Shown: piece after piece, positions 39,968-49,690 of the stretch
Position numbering within the stretch: position 1 is the first letter of the stretch
How the letters are laid out: each line of letters opens with the position of its first letter
From: Candidatus Dormiibacterota bacterium
GTDB lineage: Bacteria; Chloroflexota; Dormibacteria; Aeolococcales; Aeolococcaceae
Length of the DNA: 64,000 nucleotides
Reading direction: 5' to 3'
Assembly: GCA_963718525.1 (NCBI GenBank)
Contig: OY970355.1
Coordinates: 512,001-576,000 of the forward strand
The notes under the pieces: model-generated
The model's input: only the letters and a program-made list of their open reading frames with translations
Database searches by the model: none
Told to the model about the DNA's origin: nothing
Made by a program: the position numbers and the translations under genes

Positions 39968-40812
39968 GTCGCGGCCACGGTCCAATGACGCGGGTGCTCA
40001 TCGTCAGCCGCGGCGCGAAGCAGGTGACAGCGGCCGTGCAGCGCAAGCTGGATGCTGGTTTCCCCGGGTACGAGCAGATGGAGTTCGATCCGCGATCGGA
40101 TGTCTGGCGAAGGCTGAGCAGCCGCGCGACCGTAGTGGCTGCAGGCGGCGATGGCACCGTCGGGTTTGTGGCGAGGGCACTGGCGGGAAGCCGGCGCCGG
40201 CTCGGCATCCTGCCGCTGGGCACGTTCAACAACTTTGCGCACGGCCTTCGAATTCCAGCCAACCTCGATCGGGCGATTGCCGTTGTGCGAAAGGGCGCAA
40301 CCCGCCCCGTGACTCTCGGGAAAATCAACGGCCGGTACTTCCTGGAGGCGGCTGCGATCGGGGTCTTCGGAGAGGCGATCGTGCTGGGGGAAAAAGCCAA
40401 GGACCGTGCCTTCGGTGAACTCGCGCATGAACTCGGTGCCGTGGTCAGGGCGGAACCGTTTGCGTTCGCGACGAGCGGCGCGTTCGTCGCGCGCGGGCAC
40501 AGCCGCTCGCTCGTGTTCACGAACTCGCCGACGACCGGCTCACGCATCACGATAGGCGGGAACACCCCAACCGATCCATTCCTCGAACTGAACATCGAGG
40601 TCGGCGCGTCGCGCACCGACATCGTCACCCGCGTCGTTGCGTCGGCCGTCGGTGAGCATTCGAACGACGAAGGCATACGCTTCCAGTTCCGTTCCTTGAC
40701 GATCAGCACCAAGCCGCCCATCACGGTGGTGGCTGACAACGAGCACATCGGCAGAACGCCCGTCACCATCGAGGCGATTCCCAATGCGCTGCGCGTGATC
40801 GTGCCCGCATGA
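39964..40812 (+). CDS. Diacylglycerol/lipid kinase family protein
   Basis: AAGGDGT, LPLGTFNNFA, ADNE; ATGA overlaps at both ends. Confidence 0.88.
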   Translation: MSRGHGPMTRVLIVSRGAKQVTAAVQRKLDAGFPGYEQMEFDPRSDVWRRLSSRATVVAAGGDGTVGFVARALAGSRRRLGILPLGTFNNFAHGLRIPANLDRAIAVVRKGATRPVTLGKINGRYFLEAAAIGVFGEAIVLGEKAKDRAFGELAHELGAVVRAEPFAFATSGAFVARGHSRSLVFTNSPTTGSRITIGGNTPTDPFLELNIEVGASRTDIVTRVVASAVGEHSNDEGIRFQFRSLTISTKPPITVVADNEHIGRTPVTIEAIPNALRVIVPA

Positions 40813-41702
40813 CCGGCAGGGCCACGACGCCGGCACGTCGCGCACGTCGCCGGCGCACGACCACGAAACCCAGCGCACGTTCGGTGCAACGTCAAGCGAA
40901 GAAGGTCGTCACCAATCCCTGGGTTGAGCGCTCCGCACGCGCCGGCTACATCGTCCGCGGCCTCCTCTACGGCACCATGGGCGTGCTCGCTCTCGGATTG
41001 GCGGTCGGTCTCGACGCGGGCACCACCGATCAGCGCGGCGCGCTCGAGCTCCTCGGCGGGAGCGCGGTTGGACGGCTGTTCATGCTCGTGGTGGTGATCG
41101 CGCTCCTGGCGTACTCCGGATGGGGAGTCATCCGCGCCGTCTACGATCCGCTCCATCGCGGGGACGATCCACCCGGTATCGCCTCGCGTATTGGCTTTGC
41201 ATGGAGTGCACTCAACTACGCGGTGCTCGCGGTGTTTGCCGCGGGACTCCTGCTCGGTGCATCCAGTAGCAACGGCGGCGACGCCGTCCAGAGGATCGTC
41301 GCGTGGGCGTTGCGGTTGCCTGCGGGAGGAGCCATCGTCATCGTGGCGGGGGCCATCGGCATTTTCGGGGGCCTCAACCAGTTCGTGGATGCCTACAAAG
41401 CTGGATTTCGCAAGGATATGAAACGCAACCAGATGACTCCGGCGGCGCGGGCCACGGTCGATGGGCTCGGACGTTTCGGCATGGTCGCGCGCGGCGTGAT
41501 CTTCGGCGTGGTCGGGATCTTCGTCCTGGTTGCAGGACTACATCACGACGCGTCCGATGCGCACAGCTTCGGACCGGCGTTCGCCGCGGTGGCTCGCGAA
41601 CCGCTGGGGCACGTCCTGCTCGCGCTCGTAGCCCTGGGCTTCATCGCGCTCGGGCTCCACTCATGGGCCAACGCCCGCTGGGTGCGGATGCCACGCGGGT
41701 AG
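40809..41702 (+). CDS. DUF1206 membrane protein
   Basis: ARAGYIVRGLLY, DQRGAL, GRFGMVARG. Confidence 0.85.
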   Translation: MTGRATTPARRARRRRTTTKPSARSVQRQAKKVVTNPWVERSARAGYIVRGLLYGTMGVLALGLAVGLDAGTTDQRGALELLGGSAVGRLFMLVVVIALLAYSGWGVIRAVYDPLHRGDDPPGIASRIGFAWSALNYAVLAVFAAGLLLGASSSNGGDAVQRIVAWALRLPAGGAIVIVAGAIGIFGGLNQFVDAYKAGFRKDMKRNQMTPAARATVDGLGRFGMVARGVIFGVVGIFVLVAGLHHDASDAHSFGPAFAAVAREPLGHVLLALVALGFIALGLHSWANARWVRMPRG

Positions 41703-41765
41703 GGCGCTCGCCCATGACAACTGACATCGGAACTTGCCGTCTGCAACTCGCTCAGCGGCGCCGTA

Positions 41766-44483
41766 TCAGGCCGTGCGCGCCGCGCCGGCAAGCACAGAGG
41801 CAAACGCCATCGGCGCGGTGGGTACCGCGATGTTGTGTTCGAGCAACCTGCTCATCGCGATCGGCGACAGCGGCTGACCGAAGAGGAAACCCTGAGCGAG
41901 CTCGCAACCGAGGTCGTTCAGTTCGCGAAGGCACTCCTCGGTCTCGACCCCTTCGGCGATCACGCTGAGACCGAGACCGACACCGAAGTTGAACACCGAG
42001 TGGGCGAAGCCGATCGACTGCGTGGGGCCGCACAGCGAGGCGGTGAACGACCTGTCGATCTTGAGCACGTCGACGGGGAAGTCGCGCAGGCGGCTCAACG
42101 ACGAGTGGCCGGTTCCGAAATCGTCAAGAGCGATGCGTACGCCGAGCCCGCGCAGCGCGTTGAGGCAGCCGATGATCGGCTCGGTGTCATAGATGATGTC
42201 CGCCTCGGTCACCTCGAGGATCAGACGATGGGCGTCGAGGCCCGTGTCCTGCAGGACCCTCCGAACCTTGTCGACAAAGTCCGGCTCGCGGAGCTGGCGG
42301 ACAGCAACATTCACACTCACCGCAACGGGCTCGGCGCCATCGACCTCTGGCCAAGCGCGCGCTTCTTCGCATGCGCTCTGCAGGATCCACGTTCCCAGTT
42401 GCGTGATCAATCCCGTCTCCTCGACGAGGCTGATGAAGTCGTCAGGGAGGACCAGCCCGCGCGTGGGGTGGCGCCAGCGGAGCAAGGCCTCCGCCGCGAC
42501 GATGGTGCATGTCGCCACTCGCACGATGGGCTGATACACGAGCTCGAATTCGACCAACTCCACCGCGTGGTACAGGTCCGCCTTGAGGCGGTGGCGGCGC
42601 TGCACCGCGGCATACATGGACGGCTCGAACAGCTCCCAGCGCGACTTCCCCGAACTCTTTGCCGTGTACAACGCGAGGTCGGCATTCTGGAGCAACTCCT
42701 GCCCGTCGCAGACGGTGTCGACCGCTGTTGCGATGCCGATGCTCGCGTGCGTCAGCACCTCCTCGGACGCGATGCTGAATGGCACGTGGAGCGCATCGAT
42801 GACTCGCTCGGCGATGCGCACGGCCGTCGCCGGCTCGTCGATGCCGATGAGGAGGACGGCGAACTCATCACCACCCAACCGGGCTGCGACGTCGCCGGGA
42901 CGCAGGCACTGGCCGATGCGGTCGGCGATGGCCCGGAGCAGCTCGTCGCCGGCAGCATGACCGAGGCTGTCGTTGACGGTCTTGAAGTCGTCGATGTCGA
43001 TGAAGAGCACGCCGACGTGCTGCCCGGTCTGCGCCAGGGCCTGCTCAACGCGGGACCCGAAGAGGAGTCGATTGGCCATGCCCGTGAGCGGATCGTGCGA
43101 CGCCTCGTGCTGCAACTGCTCCTGCAGGACGGTGAGCTGTGACAGCGAGTGCTGCAGCCGTCCGCGCTCGAGGATCACCCCGGTCTGGTTGGCGAGCATC
43201 TCGAGCAGGCGGAGGTCCTCGTGGTCGAAACCGGTGACCTCGCCAAGACGGTTGGCGATCAGCATCGTCCCGACCATGTTGTTCTCGCCGCGGAGCACAA
43301 CGGCCATCGCGTCGCGCAGTCCGCGACGCTCCAGGAAACCGCCGGGGTCGCCGTCGGTCTTGCCGTGCGCACTGAGGAGCAGCGGCGAGTTGAGGAGCAG
43401 CCTGCTCATGAACTGGAGTTCCACGTCGTCGAGCGTCACGGCACTCATGAACTCGGTGTTCCGCTCCTTGTCGACGGTGGTGCGCACGACGGCGTCGCGC
43501 TCGCGGGTCGGAAGGAACGTGATCTCCGCGCGCTCGGCGCGGAAAACCTGACACGACTTGGTCAGCAGCGCGGCCACGGAGTCGTCGACAGCCTCGCTCC
43601 GTTGCAATTGCTTGCTCGACTGGTAGAGGAAATCGACCTGGTCACGCTTCTCGCGCTCGGCGATGTAGAACCGATAGGCGATGAAGACTCCCGCGGTTGG
43701 AATCGCCAGCAACCAGATCTCGGCGGGGTTCTCCCAGACGATGCGGACGCCGATCAGGGCAAGACAGGTGTTGACGATCGTGGCCGCCTGCGCGAACCCG
43801 AATGTCGAGAGGATCCCCCTGAGGTCCATGCGCCCTTCAGAGAATGAGATGGCGGCGAGGATCACCAGTGACTGGATGACACCGCCGGTGAGGACCGCCG
43901 CTAGAACGCCGACGAAGCTGAGCGCGCTCAGCGGATCGTGGTGGTCGACAAGATGCATGAAGAGCACGGCGACGACGCTGTTGGCGACGGTGAAGTTGGC
44001 GAGGTTGAAGGCCAGCTTCAGCGGCGACTGGCGGCGGTGGACCGACAATGCGAGCGCGGTCCCGGCAACCATCGCGAGCACCACGACAAGGGGCGGAGCG
44101 AAGAAGAAGCCCGCCACCAATGGCAGCTCACTGAGCGAGAAGGAGTGCGCGTCCCGGCGAAACTGGATGTGAACGACGAAGACCTCCGCCGCACAGAACA
44201 GCGGAATCAGCACCCACCAGGGGATCTGGCGCGGCGCCGGAATCTCGTGCAGGTTGGAGACAACCTTGACCAGGAGGACCACGGCGGTCGCCACGAGCAG
44301 AAGAGTCAGGAGGTGGACGCGGTGTCCCCGCCTGGACGAAGTTGTTGACCCCGAATCGACTGACGAGGCGGAGCCTTCGACCTCCCTGGCCATGCTCGAA
44401 TGCTCGGGGACATCCGGCTGATCTGAACTCGTTGTGCCAGCTCTGTTGCCGAGCGGTAGCAGGGCTATCGGCGGTGCGGACAT
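41766..44483 (-). CDS. Membrane sensor + GAF + GGDEF + EAL c-di-GMP enzyme
   Basis: About 7 N-terminal TM helices; FDHEDLRLLEMLANQ; HDPLTGMANR, RPGD I-site, GGDEF; EALLRW, DDFGTG, KIDRSF, EGVE, QGFLF. Confidence 0.93.
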   Translation of the reverse strand: MSAPPIALLPLGNRAGTTSSDQPDVPEHSSMAREVEGSASSVDSGSTTSSRRGHRVHLLTLLLVATAVVLLVKVVSNLHEIPAPRQIPWWVLIPLFCAAEVFVVHIQFRRDAHSFSLSELPLVAGFFFAPPLVVVLAMVAGTALALSVHRRQSPLKLAFNLANFTVANSVVAVLFMHLVDHHDPLSALSFVGVLAAVLTGGVIQSLVILAAISFSEGRMDLRGILSTFGFAQAATIVNTCLALIGVRIVWENPAEIWLLAIPTAGVFIAYRFYIAEREKRDQVDFLYQSSKQLQRSEAVDDSVAALLTKSCQVFRAERAEITFLPTRERDAVVRTTVDKERNTEFMSAVTLDDVELQFMSRLLLNSPLLLSAHGKTDGDPGGFLERRGLRDAMAVVLRGENNMVGTMLIANRLGEVTGFDHEDLRLLEMLANQTGVILERGRLQHSLSQLTVLQEQLQHEASHDPLTGMANRLLFGSRVEQALAQTGQHVGVLFIDIDDFKTVNDSLGHAAGDELLRAIADRIGQCLRPGDVAARLGGDEFAVLLIGIDEPATAVRIAERVIDALHVPFSIASEEVLTHASIGIATAVDTVCDGQELLQNADLALYTAKSSGKSRWELFEPSMYAAVQRRHRLKADLYHAVELVEFELVYQPIVRVATCTIVAAEALLRWRHPTRGLVLPDDFISLVEETGLITQLGTWILQSACEEARAWPEVDGAEPVAVSVNVAVRQLREPDFVDKVRRVLQDTGLDAHRLILEVTEADIIYDTEPIIGCLNALRGLGVRIALDDFGTGHSSLSRLRDFPVDVLKIDRSFTASLCGPTQSIGFAHSVFNFGVGLGLSVIAEGVETEECLRELNDLGCELAQGFLFGQPLSPIAMSRLLEHNIAVPTAPMAFASVLAGAARTA

Positions 44484-44531
44484 CGCCGTGGGGACCAGCC
44501 ACCCCCGAGCTGTGCTGCGAAGGTCGCGGAC

Positions 44532-46304
44532 CTAACTCCAGTCGTAGTCGGACCAGCTCGAATCCGACCAGGATGCGCCCGACCATGAGGCGCCCGACCA
44601 TGAGGCTCCGGACCACGACGCTCCGGACCACGAGGCGCCCGACCACGACGCTCCGGACCACGAGGCGCCGGACCACGACGCCCCGGACCACGAGGCCCCG
44701 GACCATGAGGCTCCGGACCACGACGCTCCGGACCACGACGCTCCGTTGAAGATGCCGCCGTTCCACGCGGAGGCGTTCGTCTCGGCCGCAGCGAGTGCGG
44801 TGGTGTCGATGCTGTTGCCGAAGATGTCCTGCTCGCCGGTGAGGCCGTTGCCGTTGGTGTCAAGCACATGACGCGAGCCGCGGGACGCGTCGAGGCTGCC
44901 GGTGCCGTTCGAGGCCGGCCAGCTCTGCGCGTCGTTCGGCGTCGGCGCGTTGAGGACCGCTGCGAGGTTCAGCTCGCCGCTGCCCTTGAGCGATGTGCGG
45001 CCATACATGGAATGCGCGTGGGTGTCGAGCAACGCCTTGACCTGATCAGGCGTGAGGTTTGGTCGCTGGCTGAGCAGCAGCGCCGCAGCGCCGGACACGA
45101 CGGCGGCCGCCTGCGACGTTCCGCTCCCGAGGAAGAAACGATTGCTGACGGTCGCGCTCCCACCGAACTGGTCGTCGACGAATGAACCCGGATCGCGGAG
45201 CGAGACGACGTGGACGCCGGGAGCAGAGAGATCGGGGTTGCGCGTGCCGTCACCCTCGCTCGTGAAGCTTGCGGGCATGTGATAGCGGACGTAGGTCGTG
45301 TTCTCGGTGTTGGCCGCACCCACGGCGATGACGTAGGGATCGATCGCCGGGTCGTCAAGGCCGTTCGACCAGTTGCCCTGGTTGCCGTCGGCGACCACCA
45401 CGACGATGCCGTGCAACCATGCCTGCTCGGCCGCATACGCGAGCGGATCGAGGACGTAGCTCTGGTTGCTGTCGGTGCCATAGGACAGGTTGAGCACGCG
45501 GATGTTCATGCCGTTGTCGTTCTGGTGCTGCACCACCCAGTCGATGGCGGCGAGCACCTGGGACACGTCGGTCTCCCCCAGCGCATCCGCGACCTTGATG
45601 CTCACGATCTGCGCATCAGGAGCCATACCGAGGAAGTGCGTGGTATCGCTTGAGCTCACCGACGTCACCGCATCATCGCGGCCCGCGATGATCCCGGCCA
45701 TGTGCGTACCGTGACCGAAGGTATCGAGATACTGCAGCGACGGATCCTGCGATTCGAACGACAGATCGGGTCCATTGACCACCTTGCCCTGCGTGGTCAA
45801 CCCGTCAACCGGCGTCACGCCGGAGTCGATCAGCGCAACGCCAACTCCCTGGCCGGTGAACCCGGCGTTCCAGTACGCGTGGGCACCGTCCATCTGCTCG
45901 ATGTTGTACATGGAGTTGACGTCGGTGGCGGGGTTGTACGGGGTGCCCGGTAGCCCGTACGAGGCGCCGAGGAGCTGCACCGGCGCATTCAGGGTGACCT
46001 GTGCGACAGCGGGCGATGCCTCGAGCTCCGGGACCGAGCTTGCAGGGACGCTCGCCACGATGGCGTTGATCAGGCTGATGTGCTGCTGGATGTGGCCGCC
46101 CAGTGCCGTGATCTGCTGATCCGCGGCGCCACCCTCGGTGGGTTGCGTTCGCACGATGACGGAGACCAGGTGCGTGTCGGCGTGTGCCGTCGTCGCCAGC
46201 GCGCCGGCGCTGAGCATGAGAGCAGCGGCGGTCGCCGCCGCCGTGACCGTGCGGCGCTTGCGATCGTCCCAGCTGATGCCGTGTACTGGAGCCACCCCTG
46301 GCAT
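44532..46304 (-). CDS. Secreted S8 (subtilisin-like) serine peptidase with C-terminal Trp pentapeptide repeats
   Basis: Signal peptide ..TAHA, I9-like prodomain, catalytic motifs IDSG / HGTH / GTSQA, NLSYG; (GASWS)12-DSSWS-DYDWS tail. Confidence 0.93.
   Translation of the reverse strand: MPGVAPVHGISWDDRKRRTVTAAATAAALMLSAGALATTAHADTHLVSVIVRTQPTEGGAADQQITALGGHIQQHISLINAIVASVPASSVPELEASPAVAQVTLNAPVQLLGASYGLPGTPYNPATDVNSMYNIEQMDGAHAYWNAGFTGQGVGVALIDSGVTPVDGLTTQGKVVNGPDLSFESQDPSLQYLDTFGHGTHMAGIIAGRDDAVTSVSSSDTTHFLGMAPDAQIVSIKVADALGETDVSQVLAAIDWVVQHQNDNGMNIRVLNLSYGTDSNQSYVLDPLAYAAEQAWLHGIVVVVADGNQGNWSNGLDDPAIDPYVIAVGAANTENTTYVRYHMPASFTSEGDGTRNPDLSAPGVHVVSLRDPGSFVDDQFGGSATVSNRFFLGSGTSQAAAVVSGAAALLLSQRPNLTPDQVKALLDTHAHSMYGRTSLKGSGELNLAAVLNAPTPNDAQSWPASNGTGSLDASRGSRHVLDTNGNGLTGEQDIFGNSIDTTALAAAETNASAWNGGIFNGASWSGASWSGASWSGASWSGASWSGASWSGASWSGASWSGASWSGASWSGASWSGASWSDSSWSDYDWS
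44535..44744 (-). repeat. 15-bp tandem repeat encoding GASWS x12 plus DSSWS and DYDWS
   Basis: gacca recurs every 15 nt from 44551 to 44731; variation among the 12 GASWS units is synonymous. Confidence 0.97.
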
Positions 46305-46529
46305 TCCCCCAACTCGTGCCGGATCGCGGCACCGTGATCCCCGCCTCTGATTCGCCTGGTTGAAGGCTATGTGGCAGGTGTTCGCACGGCTCGCTTCGCC
46401 ATGGATCTGCGACGGCCTGATCGGATTTCGGGGCTGCGGATCGGATGCCGCCCGAGCGCAGGGCCGGCAATGGCCGGGTGGTCGTGCGGGTCGGGCGCAT
46501 GGACCGGCTACGACAGAACTGCCGCGGAG

Positions 46530-46952
46530 TCAGACTTGGCCGATCTGCTGCAGAAAGCCATGCCGGTCGAAGTACGCGGTCTCCTCGACGATCTTGCCGT
46601 TGACGACGTGGTGGATGAAGACGATCTCCTGGGTCACGGTTTGCCCCGTGGGATCAATGTGCTCCCCGGTCATCAGCGTGAGCGGCCCCGTGTGCTCGTT
46701 GACATCGCGATATTCGGTGATGACGTAATCGCCATCGACGAACTGCTGGAGCACTTCCGAGTGCCCGCCGGCGTACGCGCCCAAAAGGTTTCCAAACACC
46801 TCACGAGCTGCAGGTGCGCCCTCCGTGCGCATGCCGCCTGGCCCGCGCACCACCACATCGTCACCGTAGTACGCCATGACACCATCGAGGTCCGCCGCAT
46901 CCCACGCGGCAAACATTGCTGATACGACCGACTTCGGATCACGTTCCGCCAT
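46530..46952 (-). CDS. SnoaL-like ester cyclase family protein
   Basis: HTGPL..IDPTGQTV, NGKIVEETAYFD; AAGGAGG RBS. Confidence 0.85.
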   Translation of the reverse strand: MAERDPKSVVSAMFAAWDAADLDGVMAYYGDDVVVRGPGGMRTEGAPAAREVFGNLLGAYAGGHSEVLQQFVDGDYVITEYRDVNEHTGPLTLMTGEHIDPTGQTVTQEIVFIHHVVNGKIVEETAYFDRHGFLQQIGQV

Positions 46953-47013
46953 GTAGATGCCCTCCTTCCGAGCCCGCGGCCCGATGCCGCGGGACTCTAC
47001 TCCTGAATCGGTC

Positions 47014-47394
47014 TCAATGAATCACTGCAAGAACGTTGCGGGCAGGGTCGACGAACCAGGCGATGTCGGGACCGGTGTTGTTGGCTCGGCCGCGCATGAT
47101 GCCCTTCGCGTCGATGCCCGGGATGTGCTCGTAGCGCTCGAGGGCCACGCCTTGGCTGGTGAGGTACTCGGCCGCCGCATCGATGTCCTCAACTTCGAAG
47201 TTCAGAACGGTGAAGGACGCCGGCTGATGGTCAGGCTTTGGATACATGAAGACCGAGCCGCCACCGGGGAGCCGGATCCTCGCACCGACGCCATCCGGAT
47301 CCACGGTCAATCCCAGCTTTGCCGAGTAGAACTCCTTCGCGGCCTCCAGGTCATCCACCGAGAAACCACTGAACGCCGATGTGGGACTGAACAT
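47014..47394 (-). CDS. VOC family protein
   Basis: AFSGFSVDDL, PASFTVLNF, AWFVDPARN; AAGGAGG RBS. Confidence 0.9.
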   Translation of the reverse strand: MFSPTSAFSGFSVDDLEAAKEFYSAKLGLTVDPDGVGARIRLPGGGSVFMYPKPDHQPASFTVLNFEVEDIDAAAEYLTSQGVALERYEHIPGIDAKGIMRGRANNTGPDIAWFVDPARNVLAVIH

Positions 47395-47416
47395 CGCAAC
47401 CTCCTTGATGCTGGTA

Positions 47417-48460
47417 TTAACCGACCGACAGCTCGTCAGCGATACGCTCAGCGAGCGCGGGATCACTCGCCGGTTCGGGTGGCGACGACTCAACACGCTT
47501 GCTCGCGCGAGCCTGGCGGCGCGCGCTCGATAAACCGACGCCGACCGCACCCGCGACCCCGACCGCGAGCAGAAGTCCCGCCAGTCCACGCTGCGCCGTG
47601 AAGTGGTCGGCGAAGACGGTGATACCGAGGAGCACTGCCACCGCGGCGATGGCGACCGCTCCGTCCTCGACGAAGAGACCCCAGACCTCGCGGGCGATGC
47701 TCTGCACCGTGCGAACGATCGCAACGTCGAATTGGCCCGTAGCACCGGCCGGGCGTCGAAGGAGCCAGACGAAGAGCACGGAGATCAGGGCGTATCCGGC
47801 GATGAGCGGGAGCAGGCTCAGATCCTCGTGCCACCACTGCACGCCGATGCCCTCGCCCGCGAAGAACGTCCCGAACGACGTGAGCATGATGCCCACGACA
47901 TATTTCATGGCGTTCTCCGGGACCTGGGTCAACGGATGGCGGAGCGCGAACCCGGCGCCGGCCACCACCACGAGTGACGCAATGGCCCCGATGACGGCCG
48001 AGGCCACGTCCTGCAGTCCTCCAAGCGCGACCACGATGAAGACCACCTCGAGCCCCTCGAGAAACACGCCGCTGAACGACGTGGTGACACCGACGCGATC
48101 AAGGCCGGCACCGCGTCGGTTTGACGCTCCCAGCATCTTCTGAGTCTCCGCGAAGATCTTTGCCTCGTCGTGGAGTGACTTGAGGCCGCTCGAACGGAGC
48201 ACCGCCTTGTGCAGCCACTTGATGCCGAAGAGCAGCAGGAAAACGCCCACGAATGTTCGCGCAGCGGCGATGGACACATGCGACGTGACCGCAAGGCCGA
48301 ATGCAGCCACCAGCACGATCAGCGCCACCACCGCGGCGATGGTGCCCGCGAATGCGCTGCGCCACCCTCGGGTCAGCCCGACCGCCAGGACGATCGTGAG
48401 CGCCTCAACCCATTCGACGGCTGCGGCGATAAAGGTGGCGAGGATGACGAGAATGCTCAT
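47417..48460 (-). CDS. COG4280-like membrane protein (FTR1/GDT1-related) with C-terminal TM extension
   Basis: VEWVEALTIVLAVG and FLEGLEVVFIV (paired ExxE motifs), VPENAMK. Confidence 0.78.
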   Translation of the reverse strand: MSILVILATFIAAAVEWVEALTIVLAVGLTRGWRSAFAGTIAAVVALIVLVAAFGLAVTSHVSIAAARTFVGVFLLLFGIKWLHKAVLRSSGLKSLHDEAKIFAETQKMLGASNRRGAGLDRVGVTTSFSGVFLEGLEVVFIVVALGGLQDVASAVIGAIASLVVVAGAGFALRHPLTQVPENAMKYVVGIMLTSFGTFFAGEGIGVQWWHEDLSLLPLIAGYALISVLFVWLLRRPAGATGQFDVAIVRTVQSIAREVWGLFVEDGAVAIAAVAVLLGITVFADHFTAQRGLAGLLLAVGVAGAVGVGLSSARRQARASKRVESSPPEPASDPALAERIADELSVG

Positions 48461-48541
48461 CGGCGCTTGGGTCCTCCCGCTATGTGTGTCGAGGTCTGGC
48501 AGAGATCACGGGCGTTGATCGCGGTGGTATGGCGACCGGTG

Positions 48542-49690
48542 TCATACGGGCGATCCGTCGCTACCCGGCTCATCAGGGTAGGCGACGCAGCCATCCGGGT
48601 CGAGTTGAATCGTGAGCTCGTCGCCTCGAGGCCACCGGTTGTGGTCGAACACCGACGACAGAGTGCCACCGGCGCAGGCGACGACGTGGTCGTAGCCGCG
48701 ACCGCGATAGGCGACGTCCACAACCTTGCCACTGAGCGTGACATCCGTGCTCGATGTCGCGACGAGCACACGCGTTGCCGCCGGGCGGACCAGAACGCGG
48801 ACCCTAGCGCCGGTCATCAGCGTTCCACCAGGACGTGCCCGCAGCGTGGATCCATCCTCGATTTGAATGCTGACATGGCTGGCCTCGGCGCCGACCACCC
48901 GGCCGGGGAACTCGCCCGCGGAGCCGGTGAAGCGGGCGACGAACAGGTTCGCCGGAGAGCGGTAGATCTGCTCGGGCGGCCCCAGCTGGACGAGCTGTCC
49001 TCCATCGAGCACTGCGACCTCGTCCGCAAGTGCGAACGCCTCCGACTGGTCGTGGGTGATGTAGACGACCGTCGCACCGCTGTCGCGCGCGATGGTCGCA
49101 ACCTGCACGCGAAGGCGTTCGCGAAGATCGGCGTCGAGGTTGGAGAGCGGTTCGTCGAAGAGTAGGAGACCGGGACGGGCGACCACCGCGCGGGCGAGGG
49201 CGACGCGCTGCTGCTCGCCACCGGAGAGTTGGTACGGATACCGGTCCACGAGTTGCGCCAGCCCGACCTGATCGAGAGCGTCGACGACGCGCCGCCGGGA
49301 TTCCGTGCCGGTGATGTGCCTCCGCCGAAGCGCATAGCTGACGTTGCCGCGCACCGTCAGGTGCGGCCATAACGCGTAGTCCTGAAACACCATCGCCAGG
49401 TCACGACGCTCCGGTGGGAGATGTCGCTTGCCATCACTCACGATCCGATCGCCGATGCGGATCACGCCGCCGTCAAGGCGCTCAACCCCCGCGAGGCAGC
49501 GTGCGAGGGTCGTCTTCCCCGAGCCGGACGGCCCGAGCAGGACGAGGAATCGACCTGGCTGAATCTCGAGGTCGACGCCGGTGAGGCCCCGGGCTCGTCC
49601 GAAGTGCTTCACCGCTCCTTTGATCTCGACACGGTGGCCGGATGTCGCCACGCTGGATGCTGGCACGTCGGACGTGATGGCGACGCTCAT
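48542..49690 (-). CDS. ABC transporter ATP-binding protein (PotA/FbpC-like)
   Basis: [34 protein letters not shown]. Confidence 0.93.
   Translation of the reverse strand: MSVAITSDVPASSVATSGHRVEIKGAVKHFGRARGLTGVDLEIQPGRFLVLLGPSGSGKTTLARCLAGVERLDGGVIRIGDRIVSDGKRHLPPERRDLAMVFQDYALWPHLTVRGNVSYALRRRHITGTESRRRVVDALDQVGLAQLVDRYPYQLSGGEQQRVALARAVVARPGLLLFDEPLSNLDADLRERLRVQVATIARDSGATVVYITHDQSEAFALADEVAVLDGGQLVQLGPPEQIYRSPANLFVARFTGSAGEFPGRVVGAEASHVSIQIEDGSTLRARPGGTLMTGARVRVLVRPAATRVLVATSSTDVTLSGKVVDVAYRGRGYDHVVACAGGTLSSVFDHNRWPRGDELTIQLDPDGCVAYPDEPGSDGSPV

Noticed and set aside
44535-44744. 15-bp tandem repeat as a CRISPR array
   Set aside because: No unique spacers, unit too short, in frame within a CDS, no cas genes.
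46305-46529. c-di-AMP or c-di-GMP riboswitch in the S8 protease leader
   Set aside because: No consensus elements recognised by eye; an Infernal scan is needed to exclude it formally.
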